A stretch of DNA of 64,000 nt, from contig CAXVYR010000004.1 in assembly GCA_963666975.2 (NCBI GenBank), positions 544,001 through 608,000 on the forward strand, written 5' to 3'. This DNA is from Terriglobia bacterium (GTDB taxonomy: Bacteria; Acidobacteriota; Terriglobia; 2-12-FULL-54-10). A program made the position numbers and the translations under genes. Shown piece by piece: positions 19,729-29,131 of the stretch; within the stretch, counting starts at the first letter, position 1, and every line of letters begins with the position of its first letter. The notes under the pieces are model-generated. The model was not told the origin of the DNA, did no database searches, and saw only the letters and a program-made list of their open reading frames with translations.

Positions 19729-20090
19729 TACAGCATTTTACGGATTGATGTATAGGGGTTCGTCAGGGCACGACTTCAGGCGTGCCGCAACGAGGCCAGC
19801 CATTTGGGGTTTTAACCCCTGACGGGACCCGATAGAAACATATGAACCTCAGCGGCTAAACAGGTTGCTGAAAAAAGGCTCGAAAGGGCCAAATCGGAAT
19901 TTTGCCGAATGACGATTCAATAACTTACGAGTCAACGTTTCGGCGAAGAACGCCAAAAGTTACCACTTTGGTTCTTTTTTCAGCAGCCTGTAAAGCCGCT
20001 CTGCCTCCCCTGCTTTTTTCGGCACGGTTAAAACCGTGCCCTGACGCAGATCTCAGTTTCCCTCTATACACCAATTTGAAAAATGCTCTA
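19729..20090. mobile_element. MITE-like element with about 30 bp imperfect terminal inverted repeats carrying REP-like hairpins
   Basis: Left end TACAGCATTTTACGGATTGATGTATAGGGG versus right end (reverse complement) TAGAGCATTTTTCAAATTGGTGTATAGAGG; internal GTCAGGGCACG..CGTGCC and GGCACGG..CCGTGCCCTGAC hairpins (19762-20045). Confidence 0.7.
19861..19990. mobile_element. 130 bp MITE nested in the REP-like element
   Basis: TIRs CAGGTTGCTGAAAAAAG / CTTTTTTCAGCAGCCTG (16 of 17 match); TAAA duplicated at 19857-19860 and 19991-19994; removal restores the hairpin GCGGCTAAAGCCGC. Confidence 0.85.
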
Positions 20091-20452
20091 ACGAGTCAGA
20101 AATGAAGCGGGGCACATCAATTCGAAAAGGGCGTTACTCGGTTGGTGAACGGCGACGCATTGCCTGAGAGCCATTCCTAAACGCTGGGCGACAATCTGGA
20201 TTGTCCTCCTCGACCGGACTCGACGTTCGGGAATAGGCCTCTGGAGCTGGGGGCACATAGTCCACTCTCGCCAATGAAATCACTTTCACAGTCCCAGGCT
20301 GTGATGTAGACTCTCTCACTGAGACTGGCACAAAAATCGGTCTGGTCAGGGAAATAGAGTTAGAATTGGGTGGTACGGCTGCCCAGTGGTAGTGGGGTAA
20401 AGCAGAAGTCCAAATAGAAATGTCAGATTCTTCGTAAGCTTTGGAGGTGGTG

Positions 20453-22324
20453 ATGGAAATCCGTGGGTTGAAGTGTTGTGTGAAGGTTTTCTTGTTGATT
20501 GGGATTAGCGCAAGCATCCTATTCGCCCAGCAGCAGGCGCCGCCGGACACGATTTTGTACAACGGGAAGATCGTGACGATTGACGACCATGGGGTCAATG
20601 ACAACGTAGGTACGATTGCGCAAGCCATAGCGATTCGGGGCGATTCGATAGTTTCGGTGGGGAACACTGCGCAGATTCGCGCGATGGCCGGCCCCAATAC
20701 GAGGAGCCTCGACCTAAAGGGTCGAATAGTGCTGCCTGGTATGGGGGGCACCCATGATCATCCGATGGACTGGGATACGATTACGCCCGCTCTTGTGAAC
20801 GCAGTGGTCACGGATGACATTTTCGTCAATCGCTTTATCAACGTTCCGCCGGAACAAGTCATGCAGCAGTTTCCGCTGGTTTTAGAGGAAGCAGTTCTGA
20901 AGGCGAAGCCCGGTCAGTGGGTTCGTATCGCCATTCTTTATGGTCCTGATTACGCGTGGGGTTCCGAAATTTCCCCCATGTTTGGACGGCAGATTACCAA
21001 ACAGATGCTGGACTTGGCGGCCCCCAACAACCCGGTTCAGATTCGCGGAGGGTTTATCGGGCAGGTGCTGAACCAGTTAGCCATTGATGCGGTGAAAGAG
21101 CGCTACGGGGATCAGTGGGACGCGTTTACCTGGAATCCATTTGAAGGCACTGAACAGACCGGGGTCGGAAACACCAATTACCGATGGCTGGAGCAGGACG
21201 TCCTCTTTCCTCAACCGGTGTTGCAGGAAATTTATCGCTTGGGTTTGCAGTGGATGGGAGGCTTCGGATTGACCTTCAACAGCGGCGGTCTGTATACCGC
21301 TGGAGCGGTAGCGGCCTATCACGCTCTGGATCGCAGAGGGCAAATGACGATTCGCATGCCCTGGAGCTATCAACATCGGCCGCGTCCGGATCTGTGGTCT
21401 GATCCTTATTTCCACACGATGATGGCAAACATGGTAGGCCAGGGGTCGGATTATCTCTGGTTGACCGGACTTTGGCCCTCCGACAACGGCGCCAATTGCA
21501 CCACGATGGAGCGCATTGACGGCCAGCCGGTAACCCCCCAGCAAGCCAGGTGCAATTTTTCTCCCGATTGGCGGGATGGTGAGAATAGAACCGCGCTCTA
21601 CAACATGATCAAGGCTGGAGGGCGACTGGCGGGAATCCACACGGGGGGCGATAAAGATGTGGACTTCATGCTGGATGTCATTGAAGAAGCCAGCAGGGAT
21701 GCCGGGATGACGATTGAGCAGATTCGAGCGATGCGACATGGCTACGATCATATGGCCGATCTCCGCTCGGACCAGATCCAGCGCGTTAAGAATCTCGGCA
21801 TGATTCCCAGCGGCCTCAACATCGGCATATACACCGATGGGCTCGGAGACAAACTCCGACAGTATGGCGAGCAGGCGGTGGCGCGGGTATACCCCCGCAG
21901 GAGTCTCTTTGATGCAGGGGTGTGGAACAGCGTGGAGATTGACCGGCCGATTGCTTACACGAACCTGACCTACTTCCACGTGCTCTATGCCGGGATCACC
22001 CGGAAGGACCGGGATGGAAATGTATGGGCGCCAAACGAGGCAGTGAGTCGGGAAGCGATGCTGAAATTCGCGACTATGGGAGGCGCTCTCTATATTAAGC
22101 GGGAGGACAAACTGGGTTCCCTGGAACCGGGCAAGTGGGCGGACCTCGCTGTGTTGGACAAGGATTACCTGACCATTCCCGTGGAGGAGATTAAGGATCT
22201 GCGCGTCTTCATGACTATGGTAGGAGGCAAGGTCATCCATCTGGTTCCTTCCTTGGCGAGCGAATGGGGGATGCAAGCGACGGGCGCACAGATTGAATTG
22301 GGTGGTCCAGCCTCCAAATGGTAG
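20453..22324 (+). CDS. Secreted amidohydrolase-3 (YtcJ-like) family protein, paralog 1
   Basis: Signal peptide, ILYNGKIVTID, DLKGRIVLPG, HDH, HTGGD, GSLEPGKWADLAVLD; GGAGG RBS before ATG 20453. Confidence 0.88.
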   Translation: MEIRGLKCCVKVFLLIGISASILFAQQQAPPDTILYNGKIVTIDDHGVNDNVGTIAQAIAIRGDSIVSVGNTAQIRAMAGPNTRSLDLKGRIVLPGMGGTHDHPMDWDTITPALVNAVVTDDIFVNRFINVPPEQVMQQFPLVLEEAVLKAKPGQWVRIAILYGPDYAWGSEISPMFGRQITKQMLDLAAPNNPVQIRGGFIGQVLNQLAIDAVKERYGDQWDAFTWNPFEGTEQTGVGNTNYRWLEQDVLFPQPVLQEIYRLGLQWMGGFGLTFNSGGLYTAGAVAAYHALDRRGQMTIRMPWSYQHRPRPDLWSDPYFHTMMANMVGQGSDYLWLTGLWPSDNGANCTTMERIDGQPVTPQQARCNFSPDWRDGENRTALYNMIKAGGRLAGIHTGGDKDVDFMLDVIEEASRDAGMTIEQIRAMRHGYDHMADLRSDQIQRVKNLGMIPSGLNIGIYTDGLGDKLRQYGEQAVARVYPRRSLFDAGVWNSVEIDRPIAYTNLTYFHVLYAGITRKDRDGNVWAPNEAVSREAMLKFATMGGALYIKREDKLGSLEPGKWADLAVLDKDYLTIPVEEIKDLRVFMTMVGGKVIHLVPSLASEWGMQATGAQIELGGPASKW

Positions 22325-22413
22325 AGCGCAGAAACCGGTCGGCCGATCCGTCACGGGCAGGAAGCACACCACGGTAGTAAGTTTCTCTTTGGTGAATCAA
22401 GAGGAGGATTTTC

Positions 22414-22849
22414 ATGGAAGCGCAGAACTATGCCAACCATCGACGGTTCGTTCCGATGTAACACTACGTCCTGTTCGGGCTCATCGTCCTGACCCTTATT
22501 GGCTCCTTCGTCAACCTCCACCATTCCTTCGGGGATCACCAGCGGCTTTACAGCGCCTCGCTAATCGTCGTCATGATGATCTGCCTGCTGATGGTGTTTT
22601 TCTTTTGCCGCATGTTTCCCTTGCAGGCCCAGGACCGTGCCATCCGCGCTGAAGAAAACCTGCGTCACTATGTGCTCGCTGGAAAACTTCTTGATTCCAG
22701 GTTGACTATCCGCCAAATCATCGGCCTCCGTTTCGCCATCGACGAGGAGTTTGTCCCTACTGGCGCAAAGAGCAGCCGAAGAAAACCTTTCCGAAGACGA
22801 AATTAAAAAGGCAATCAAGGGTTGGCGCGCCGACACCTGTCGGGTCTAG
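22414..22849 (+). pseudogene. DUF6526-like membrane protein pseudogene
   Basis: RBS + MEAQNYANHRRFVPM, in-frame TAA at 22459, then QDRAIRAEENLRH..IIGLRFA, a frameshift near 22756, and the terminus IKKAIKGWRAD..RV in the next frame. Confidence 0.8.
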
Positions 22850-23028
22850 CATTGAGCAGGATCACCCTCGATTCGAGATAATAGAGCGGGCCATGGCCTG
22901 CATTGCACTGGCAGAGCAAACCTACATGCACCGAGGCGCACCGAGTGTTACTCAGGGTGCTGGGAGAGACGGACTTTGTAACAGAAAAAGATTTGACAGG
23001 GTTTCGAGAATGGCCCATCAGTTTAATA

Positions 23029-23475
23029 TTATGAAGCGAGGCCGATGGGAGACACTTTCAGGTTGATTGTCATGGATTTATCTGTAGTTAGCGGGAGATC
23101 CGTGGAAACAGCAGCGTGTTTCGGCTCAGGGATATGGTTTGGCAATCCGAGTGCGCGCCGAACAGCAACTGCGGCGAAAACTAACAACAGGCATTGCCCC
23201 AATTTCACTTCAGCCTGGCTCGGCATAGGTTTCCCTGTCCCATCGTATCGGGACAGAAATGCGGGAATCCTGCCGTCGTGTAGCGCAGGCAGAAATTGGG
23301 TCGGATTGGAACCATAGTCCTCTTTGATGTAATCCAATACATCGACTTTAATGCCCTCCTCGTACAATGGCGTTCGGTACTCAGGCCACGACAACAACGG
23401 TATCGTCCGCGGCGGTCTATCCATGATTGCCGGCAAGAGACGTTGCAATCGACCGACTGGCTTCTGAGAGATCAT
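23029..23475 (-). CDS. Hypothetical protein or gene remnant
   Basis: 148 aa ORF filling an otherwise empty gap; no motif or clear RBS recognised. Confidence 0.3.
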   Translation of the reverse strand: MISQKPVGRLQRLLPAIMDRPPRTIPLLSWPEYRTPLYEEGIKVDVLDYIKEDYGSNPTQFLPALHDGRIPAFLSRYDGTGKPMPSQAEVKLGQCLLLVFAAVAVRRALGLPNHIPEPKHAAVSTDLPLTTDKSMTINLKVSPIGLAS

Positions 23476-23619
23476 CGGAGAAATTATACTCGTCTCTGAC
23501 GCTCGGTTTTAACATCATCACAGATCATTCTTCTTGTGACGCGAGTTTATAGAGTGGCAGGGTGTTCCCCTGTGTCAAACCAAAATCACTCGTTTCATTC
23601 GGCAGCCTCTGCTCTTGGG

Positions 23620-23648
23620 TTGACTCCTTTTGCAGTCAGGGCTAGCCT
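23620..23648 (+). promoter_or_regulatory. Sigma70-like promoter of the PQQ-propeller operon
   Basis: TTGACT (23620-23625), 17 bp, TAGCCT (23643-23648), about 60 bp before the GTG start. Confidence 0.55.
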
Positions 23649-23711
23649 ATGGGGCAGTTTATGGTCTGGAAAGAGCTAGGGAGATGGAGGACCGGAACGG
23701 GAGGAGCAAAA

Positions 23712-25178
23712 GTGAGCACTTTGGACAGAAGGAAGTTTCTTGCAATCGGGGGAATGTCTGCCCTGTCAGGTTTGATACTGGGCGGCAATCCGGCGCGCGT
23801 CTTCGCCGTCAGTGCGCCGGATTCGGGCTCGGGCGACTGGCAGCGGTACGGTTATGACCTTCACAACACACGCTTCAACCCTCACGAACAGACAATCGGC
23901 AAAAACAACGTGGCCCGTCTGAAGAGGAAGTGGGAATTCACCATCGAAGTTCCCATTGAGACCACGCCCACCGTGATTGGAGACAGTCTCTTTTTTGGGG
24001 CGCCGGGCGCTTACTACGCCCTGGATTCTCAGACCGGAAAAATGAAATGGAAATACGAGATGCCCAAGGAAGCCAGTGATAATGTTCGTCGCGGAGTGCA
24101 GTATTACGAAGGGCGTCTTTATTCCGGGGACAGCGCAGGCTGGGTCCGTTGCCTCGACGCAGCCAGCGGCAAGCTGGTTTGGGAACGGGATTTTTCGGAG
24201 GAACCGGAACCCGACTTAAAAAGAAACAGGAGAATATCGGGCGCCACCTTGGCCTTCGATGGGAGAATTTTTCTCGGAACCACAGGAAACAAGAATCAGG
24301 TGCTTTGCCTGAATGCGGAAACGGGTGTCACGATGTGGGATTACTGGGTTACCGGTGAACACGACATCGGCAAAGGAGGTTCTCTGTGGACCTCGCCGGC
24401 GCTCGATGAAACCGAAAGAGTGCTCTATATGGTGACGGGAAGCAACAAATTTCCGGGGGCCAACGATCCGGCCTTATTTACGGAAAGTGTCCTGGCCTTT
24501 GATGCGGACACGGGATACTTGCGCTGGTTCTACCAGGCCCATCCCAACGACCCGCATGATTTGGATTGGAGTTGCCATCCCATGATTGGGGATGCGGCAG
24601 CTCCCCCGATGAAAAGAGGCGCGACACGACAGTGTTTGGTGGCGGGAAACAAAGACGGCATCTATTGTTTCGACCGGTACAGCGGCGAGCTGTTCTGGAT
24701 GACTCAACTGACACCCAGGTACCATTGGGGCGGACCAAATGTGGATGGGACCGCCTTTGCCTACAATAAAGTGTATGTGGTCTCGAACGCGGCTACGCAG
24801 CTAATCGGCAAACGTCCTATCTCGGTCACAGCCGCTCTGGATAGTTATACCGGGCGCATTGTTTGGTGGACTTACAACTTGGAAGGCATCTCGCAGGGTG
24901 GGATCGCAGTGGCCAATGAAGTTCTTTACCAGGGGTTTAACAACGGCCTTGTGGAAGCACTGGATGCCGACACGGGGAGAGTTCTCTGGGAGCACACGCT
25001 TCCCACAGCCCGAAGGGGCGGTTTTGCCGTAGCGAATGGCGCGCTCTATTGCAGCAACGGATTGCCCGGATCACAGTTTGAGGGCGGGGCTCCCGGCTAC
25101 ACTACGCCGGATGCGTTTGCCAGAGCCCAGAGAGCGGGAGGTTATTCCGTGTATTGCTTCACCATAGATGGAAAGTGA
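23712..25178 (+). CDS. Tat-exported PQQ-binding-like beta-propeller protein (PVA-dehydrogenase-like)
   Basis: GGAG RBS + GTG 23712; twin-arginine DRRKFL; WQRYGYDLHNTRFNP; repeated ALD..TG...W docking motifs; WFYQAHPNDPHDLD. Confidence 0.85.
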   Translation: MSTLDRRKFLAIGGMSALSGLILGGNPARVFAVSAPDSGSGDWQRYGYDLHNTRFNPHEQTIGKNNVARLKRKWEFTIEVPIETTPTVIGDSLFFGAPGAYYALDSQTGKMKWKYEMPKEASDNVRRGVQYYEGRLYSGDSAGWVRCLDAASGKLVWERDFSEEPEPDLKRNRRISGATLAFDGRIFLGTTGNKNQVLCLNAETGVTMWDYWVTGEHDIGKGGSLWTSPALDETERVLYMVTGSNKFPGANDPALFTESVLAFDADTGYLRWFYQAHPNDPHDLDWSCHPMIGDAAAPPMKRGATRQCLVAGNKDGIYCFDRYSGELFWMTQLTPRYHWGGPNVDGTAFAYNKVYVVSNAATQLIGKRPISVTAALDSYTGRIVWWTYNLEGISQGGIAVANEVLYQGFNNGLVEALDADTGRVLWEHTLPTARRGGFAVANGALYCSNGLPGSQFEGGAPGYTTPDAFARAQRAGGYSVYCFTIDGK

Positions 25179-25188
25179 GAGGAACATT

Positions 25189-25830
25189 ATGATGAAAACC
25201 ATAAAAATACATTCTCTGAACCGGCGCGAGTTCATCCATTCGGCCGGCTGGGGCGCCCTGGGCCTGGGGTTTTTGGGAAATTCGGGCCATGCCCAGCAGG
25301 TGTACGGCGTCCCCCAAGCGCCCGCGCCGGAGCAAAAACAAGTCTATGGTATTTGGAGATATGTGGGCTCGGTCTATTACTTCGATCCCATCGGGCTTTA
25401 TGTGCAACCGGGAGACACTGTGGGTTTCGTCATCGTATCCAGCAGCGGCAGGACCCCTACCGTGACCGCTTATCATCCCGTGAACGACAATCATGAACTT
25501 CGCATCCCGGAAACGGCCAATCCCTTCGATTCGGGAGAGGTGGTCCCCGATCCGAGGGAACCAGCCTTCCGTTGGACTTTTGAGGTGGAAGGGACTTACG
25601 ACTACTACAGCAAATTTGAAGAAGGGATGGGCATGGTCGGCCGCATTGTGGTAGGGAAGCCCGGCGGGCCGGGAGAAAAACCCTGGGGCTACGGGAACAG
25701 GGAAGGCCGCAGGGTGGTCCCTCCGGCGGTTCTGAAGAGGGCGGAATTAATGGACTCACAAGAAATTGTCAGGAAGAAGGCTGTCAACTTTCCGTATGAA
25801 GGGTTCTCTACTCCGTACCCTCTGTGGTGA
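25189..25830 (+). CDS. Tat-exported cupredoxin-fold (plastocyanin/halocyanin-like) protein with substituted copper ligands
   Basis: NRREFI Tat motif; YFDPIGLYVQPGDTV, TAYHP..RIPE.A.PFDS, FEVEGTYDYY.....GMVGRIVVG; the protein contains no Cys. Confidence 0.8.
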   Translation: MMKTIKIHSLNRREFIHSAGWGALGLGFLGNSGHAQQVYGVPQAPAPEQKQVYGIWRYVGSVYYFDPIGLYVQPGDTVGFVIVSSSGRTPTVTAYHPVNDNHELRIPETANPFDSGEVVPDPREPAFRWTFEVEGTYDYYSKFEEGMGMVGRIVVGKPGGPGEKPWGYGNREGRRVVPPAVLKRAELMDSQEIVRKKAVNFPYEGFSTPYPLW

Positions 25831-26690
25831 TAGCTGCGATGATGCGGACCACCCTTTTTCGAGCAGCGACGGTAGGAACACTCTGCCTTTTGTTTCTTGC
25901 AGAGATGAAAGCCGCCTCGGTCCCGATAACCCCGCTGAGAGGTTTTTCCGCCACTCTGCCGGCTGGAGAAGGCAAAATCCTTGTCTTGAAATACTGCGTC
26001 GCGTGCCATGGACCAGAACTGACTCGCAAGCGGCTGGAGGAACGTAGAGGCTGGATACGCCGGTACTGGGAAGATTTGGTTTTTGAGATGATGTACGGGT
26101 GGGGAGCTGACATCAGGAGGGAAGAAGTCGAGCCGATTGCACGCTACCTGGAGGAAAACTTTGGCCCGGAAACGAACAGATCGGAGCCGCCAGGGAAGGA
26201 AGGACTCGAAACTCTTTTGCCGCCCGGGGAACCAAGGAACGTGATCCTGGCAAAGTGCACCGTTTGCCATGGCCCGGAAGTAACAAGGCGGAGAATGGAG
26301 TCCCGGATTGGTCTTTCGGCGTCGGGGTGGAAGAAGGTTTTGACTCGCATGATGAGCTACGGTGCTTCCCTGGCAGAAGACGAGATGGAGCAACTGAGCG
26401 TCTATTTGGGCGCGGATTTCGGTTCAAGCTACAGTCCGGCGGAAAAACTCCCGATCCAAGAGTTTTACTCGTTCCTTCCGGATGGTCCAGGCAAGAACTT
26501 GATCGTAGCCGATTGTCTGTCATGCCATGGCGCGTCCGAACTCAAGCAACGCATAGAAGATCATCCCAGGGGAGATCCGTACTACTGGGAGGGTGTAGTG
26601 CGCCGTATGAAAAAGCAGTGGGAGGCGCCCATGGAGGAAGAGGAAGTGGACGTCACGATTGAATACTTGAATGCCCATTTTGCCGGGTGA
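25827..26690 (+). CDS. Tri-heme cytochrome c built from three tandem monoheme repeats
   Basis: Signal peptide; CVACH, CTVCH and CLSCH, each preceded by LPxG and followed by W...V..M; GTGA overlap with the upstream stop. Confidence 0.9.
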   Translation: MIAAMMRTTLFRAATVGTLCLLFLAEMKAASVPITPLRGFSATLPAGEGKILVLKYCVACHGPELTRKRLEERRGWIRRYWEDLVFEMMYGWGADIRREEVEPIARYLEENFGPETNRSEPPGKEGLETLLPPGEPRNVILAKCTVCHGPEVTRRRMESRIGLSASGWKKVLTRMMSYGASLAEDEMEQLSVYLGADFGSSYSPAEKLPIQEFYSFLPDGPGKNLIVADCLSCHGASELKQRIEDHPRGDPYYWEGVVRRMKKQWEAPMEEEEVDVTIEYLNAHFAG

Positions 26691-26768
26691 AAACCCTGTT
26701 CGTTTCGGCAGGAATATGGTTCGTGCCCAAATACGGAGGAACGAAGGAACGGAGGAACAGAGGAACAA

Positions 26769-28589
26769 ATGATGAATTCTCCAATCATCGAGTCTAGCAA
26801 AAGGTTTGTCTTTATTCTCTTATTGGCTTTTGCCGTCAATTGTCCGATCGGCCTATCGCAGCAACGGCCCGAAAGCAAGCCGGTGGTTCTGAAAGGAGCC
26901 ACCGTCATCGACGGTTTGGGAGGTTCCCCTGTCCCGGAAGCGGTGATTCGAATCGAGGGAGATCAGATCGAATCCATCGAGGGAAAAGGGGCCGCTTATC
27001 CCTCTGACGCGACAGTTGTGGACCTTTCCGGAAAGTTCATCATCCCCGGATTGATAGAATCTCATGTTCACTATGAGGACTGGGCGGGAGAAGTGTTTCT
27101 CAATCACGGCGTGACGGCGGTCGTCGTAATGCCAAGTGGAGGCCGGATGCCCGAAGGGTTCGATCAGGCGAAAAAGGCTTCCCAGCAGAGTCGTGTGAGG
27201 ACTCCCAGGCTTTACGGCGCAGGCGGGCCCCGGCTGACCCCTTCCATGACGCGGGAACAGGTCCGCGACAGTGTTCAGGAATGGTTGAAGCAAAAGCCGG
27301 AGTTTGCCCGATTTCTTGATTTTAATGACCTCAACAAGCAGGTGTACCCGTGGGCAGCCGAGGAAGTTCATCGGGCCGGAGTGATGATCTTTGGTCATAC
27401 CGAGAATGCGCCCGAATCCCTTCGCGCGGGGCAGGACATCATTGAACACATCTGGGGATTTGTACAAGCCCAGATGTCTCCCCAGGAGCTGGACGAGTTT
27501 CAGAAGGGCCGGCATCTGCACTGGGCTACTTTCATTAAGGATTGGACACGGCTGGACCAGATGATCCGGGAAGCGGTTGACCGAGGAGCCTATATTAATC
27601 CCACTCTCCTTTTCGAAATGGGCTCGCTCAGTCCACTGGCGGCCAAACACGAGATGGAGGCCTACCAACTGTATAGCAACCCTTCTTTGATGGCGTACTA
27701 CCCCGGCAATGTCGCTGATTCGTTGCTTCAAAAATACAGGCAGATCCGGAATTTTTCCGGGAAATATGAAAACCTGGTCCTGCTATCCAGACTGACCCCG
27801 TTAGAGCTGCAAGAGTTCAGACGGGGTTATCGGTTGGCGGGCGAGTTTCTGAAACGATTCGTCGAAGCCGGCGGCAAAATCCAGGCAGGAACAGATGCTT
27901 ACCATGGAGGGACTCCCGGCCTGGGTCTCCATCAGGAGATGGAGTTGCTGGCGGAAGCGGGACTGACGCCGATGCAAGCGTTGCAAAGCGCGACTCTCTG
28001 GTCGGCGGAAATGCTCACCGGAAAAGATGGAGTCTTCGGCAGCCCGAAGATCGGAGTGGTTGCGGAGGGAGCCTTTGCCGATCTTATAGTCCTTTCAGCA
28101 AACCCGCTCGCGGATATCGGCAATACAAAGAAAATCGAGCGCGTAATGAAAGGAGGAGAATTTATCGAACTCGGCTACACTCCTGCCTATTTCAGTTTCA
28201 CCAGCCCTCCCCGATCCATCGTGATGGCAACCCCCGTCCCAAAGATCAGCGCCGTTTCGCCCCATACAGTTGTGCAGGGCGGTTCGGAGTTCGAAGTGGT
28301 CGTGGAGGGAGTGGGTTTTGTGGGAAACTCGGTTGTCCGAGTCGGCGGCATCTCCCTGGCCACTACTTTTGTCGCCCCCCGCACACTAAAGGCTCGAATT
28401 CCTGCCCGCGTGGTGGAGCGAGCTACACCGAATCCCTTCGATGCGCCGGGACCTCATCAGGAAGTGGGCATTTTCGGTGATCGGACCGTCCCGGTTACGG
28501 TTTACAACGCCCCCCCGGAGGGCGGAACTTCCAATACTATTTTCCTGAGAGTCAAACCCAAGTGGATGGCCGGCGGGAAAACGCCGTAA
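26769..28589 (+). CDS. Secreted amidohydrolase with C-terminal IPT/TIG-like domain
   Basis: Signal peptide, DLSGKFIIPGLIESHVH, IEH, AGTD, GLTPMQALQSAT, ADLIVL; C-terminal PKISAVSP...GVGFVGNSVV...GGTSN. Confidence 0.88.
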   Translation: MMNSPIIESSKRFVFILLLAFAVNCPIGLSQQRPESKPVVLKGATVIDGLGGSPVPEAVIRIEGDQIESIEGKGAAYPSDATVVDLSGKFIIPGLIESHVHYEDWAGEVFLNHGVTAVVVMPSGGRMPEGFDQAKKASQQSRVRTPRLYGAGGPRLTPSMTREQVRDSVQEWLKQKPEFARFLDFNDLNKQVYPWAAEEVHRAGVMIFGHTENAPESLRAGQDIIEHIWGFVQAQMSPQELDEFQKGRHLHWATFIKDWTRLDQMIREAVDRGAYINPTLLFEMGSLSPLAAKHEMEAYQLYSNPSLMAYYPGNVADSLLQKYRQIRNFSGKYENLVLLSRLTPLELQEFRRGYRLAGEFLKRFVEAGGKIQAGTDAYHGGTPGLGLHQEMELLAEAGLTPMQALQSATLWSAEMLTGKDGVFGSPKIGVVAEGAFADLIVLSANPLADIGNTKKIERVMKGGEFIELGYTPAYFSFTSPPRSIVMATPVPKISAVSPHTVVQGGSEFEVVVEGVGFVGNSVVRVGGISLATTFVAPRTLKARIPARVVERATPNPFDAPGPHQEVGIFGDRTVPVTVYNAPPEGGTSNTIFLRVKPKWMAGGKTP

Positions 28590-28682
28590 CGAGGCTGCAA
28601 CGCAAAATAGACGCCAGCCGGAATATCATCTGCTCAATATAGTGGACAAAGCCTGTGCGAATCACCCATCGAAAATTCCCGA

Positions 28683-28711
28683 TTGACAAGGCAAATAGAA
28701 TCAAATAGCTT
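28683..28711 (+). promoter_or_regulatory. Sigma70-like promoter implying a leaderless transcript
   Basis: TTGACA (28683-28688), 17 bp, TAGCTT (28706-28711); ATG at 28719 lies 7 nt after the -10 box and has no RBS. Confidence 0.65.
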
Positions 28712-28718
28712 AGCACCC

Positions 28719-29081
28719 ATGTTGCACAAGCTGGTAGTTTTCGTGCTGCTTCTTCCGCTCTCCCTCAACGGGCTGTGGATGGTGTGCGCAGGCGGCGAAG
28801 CCTTTGCCGGAGCCGGCGAAGAAGAAACGTCTGGCATGGCGGAGGGGGCCGACTGCTCCGCAATGTGTATCCTGAAAAAGGCGAAGCCCAATGGCCCCAT
28901 TTGTTTGATCACTGCGGATGCCAGCAAGAGTTCCTTGACCATCTTCCTGCTGGGTGTGGCCGTGATTCCAAGCGAATTTAGCTTGGTCCGGCCGTTTACA
29001 CCGGAGCGCCATATTTCTGAATTATCCCATTTCTACATAGACCCTGCACTGTTCAACGCGAACCCACCACCGCGCGTCTAG
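28719..29081 (+). CDS. CutF/CruR(DUF2946)-like exported Cys-containing leader protein
   Basis: 120 aa; hydrophobic N-terminus, CSAMC (CxxxC) plus two more Cys, C-terminal NPPPRV. Confidence 0.6.
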   Translation: MLHKLVVFVLLLPLSLNGLWMVCAGGEAFAGAGEEETSGMAEGADCSAMCILKKAKPNGPICLITADASKSSLTIFLLGVAVIPSEFSLVRPFTPERHISELSHFYIDPALFNANPPPRV

Positions 29082-29131
29082 CTCCTTCTACAACCTGTTT
29101 CGGCCGTTTTCTCGTAGCGGGCAGAATCCGC

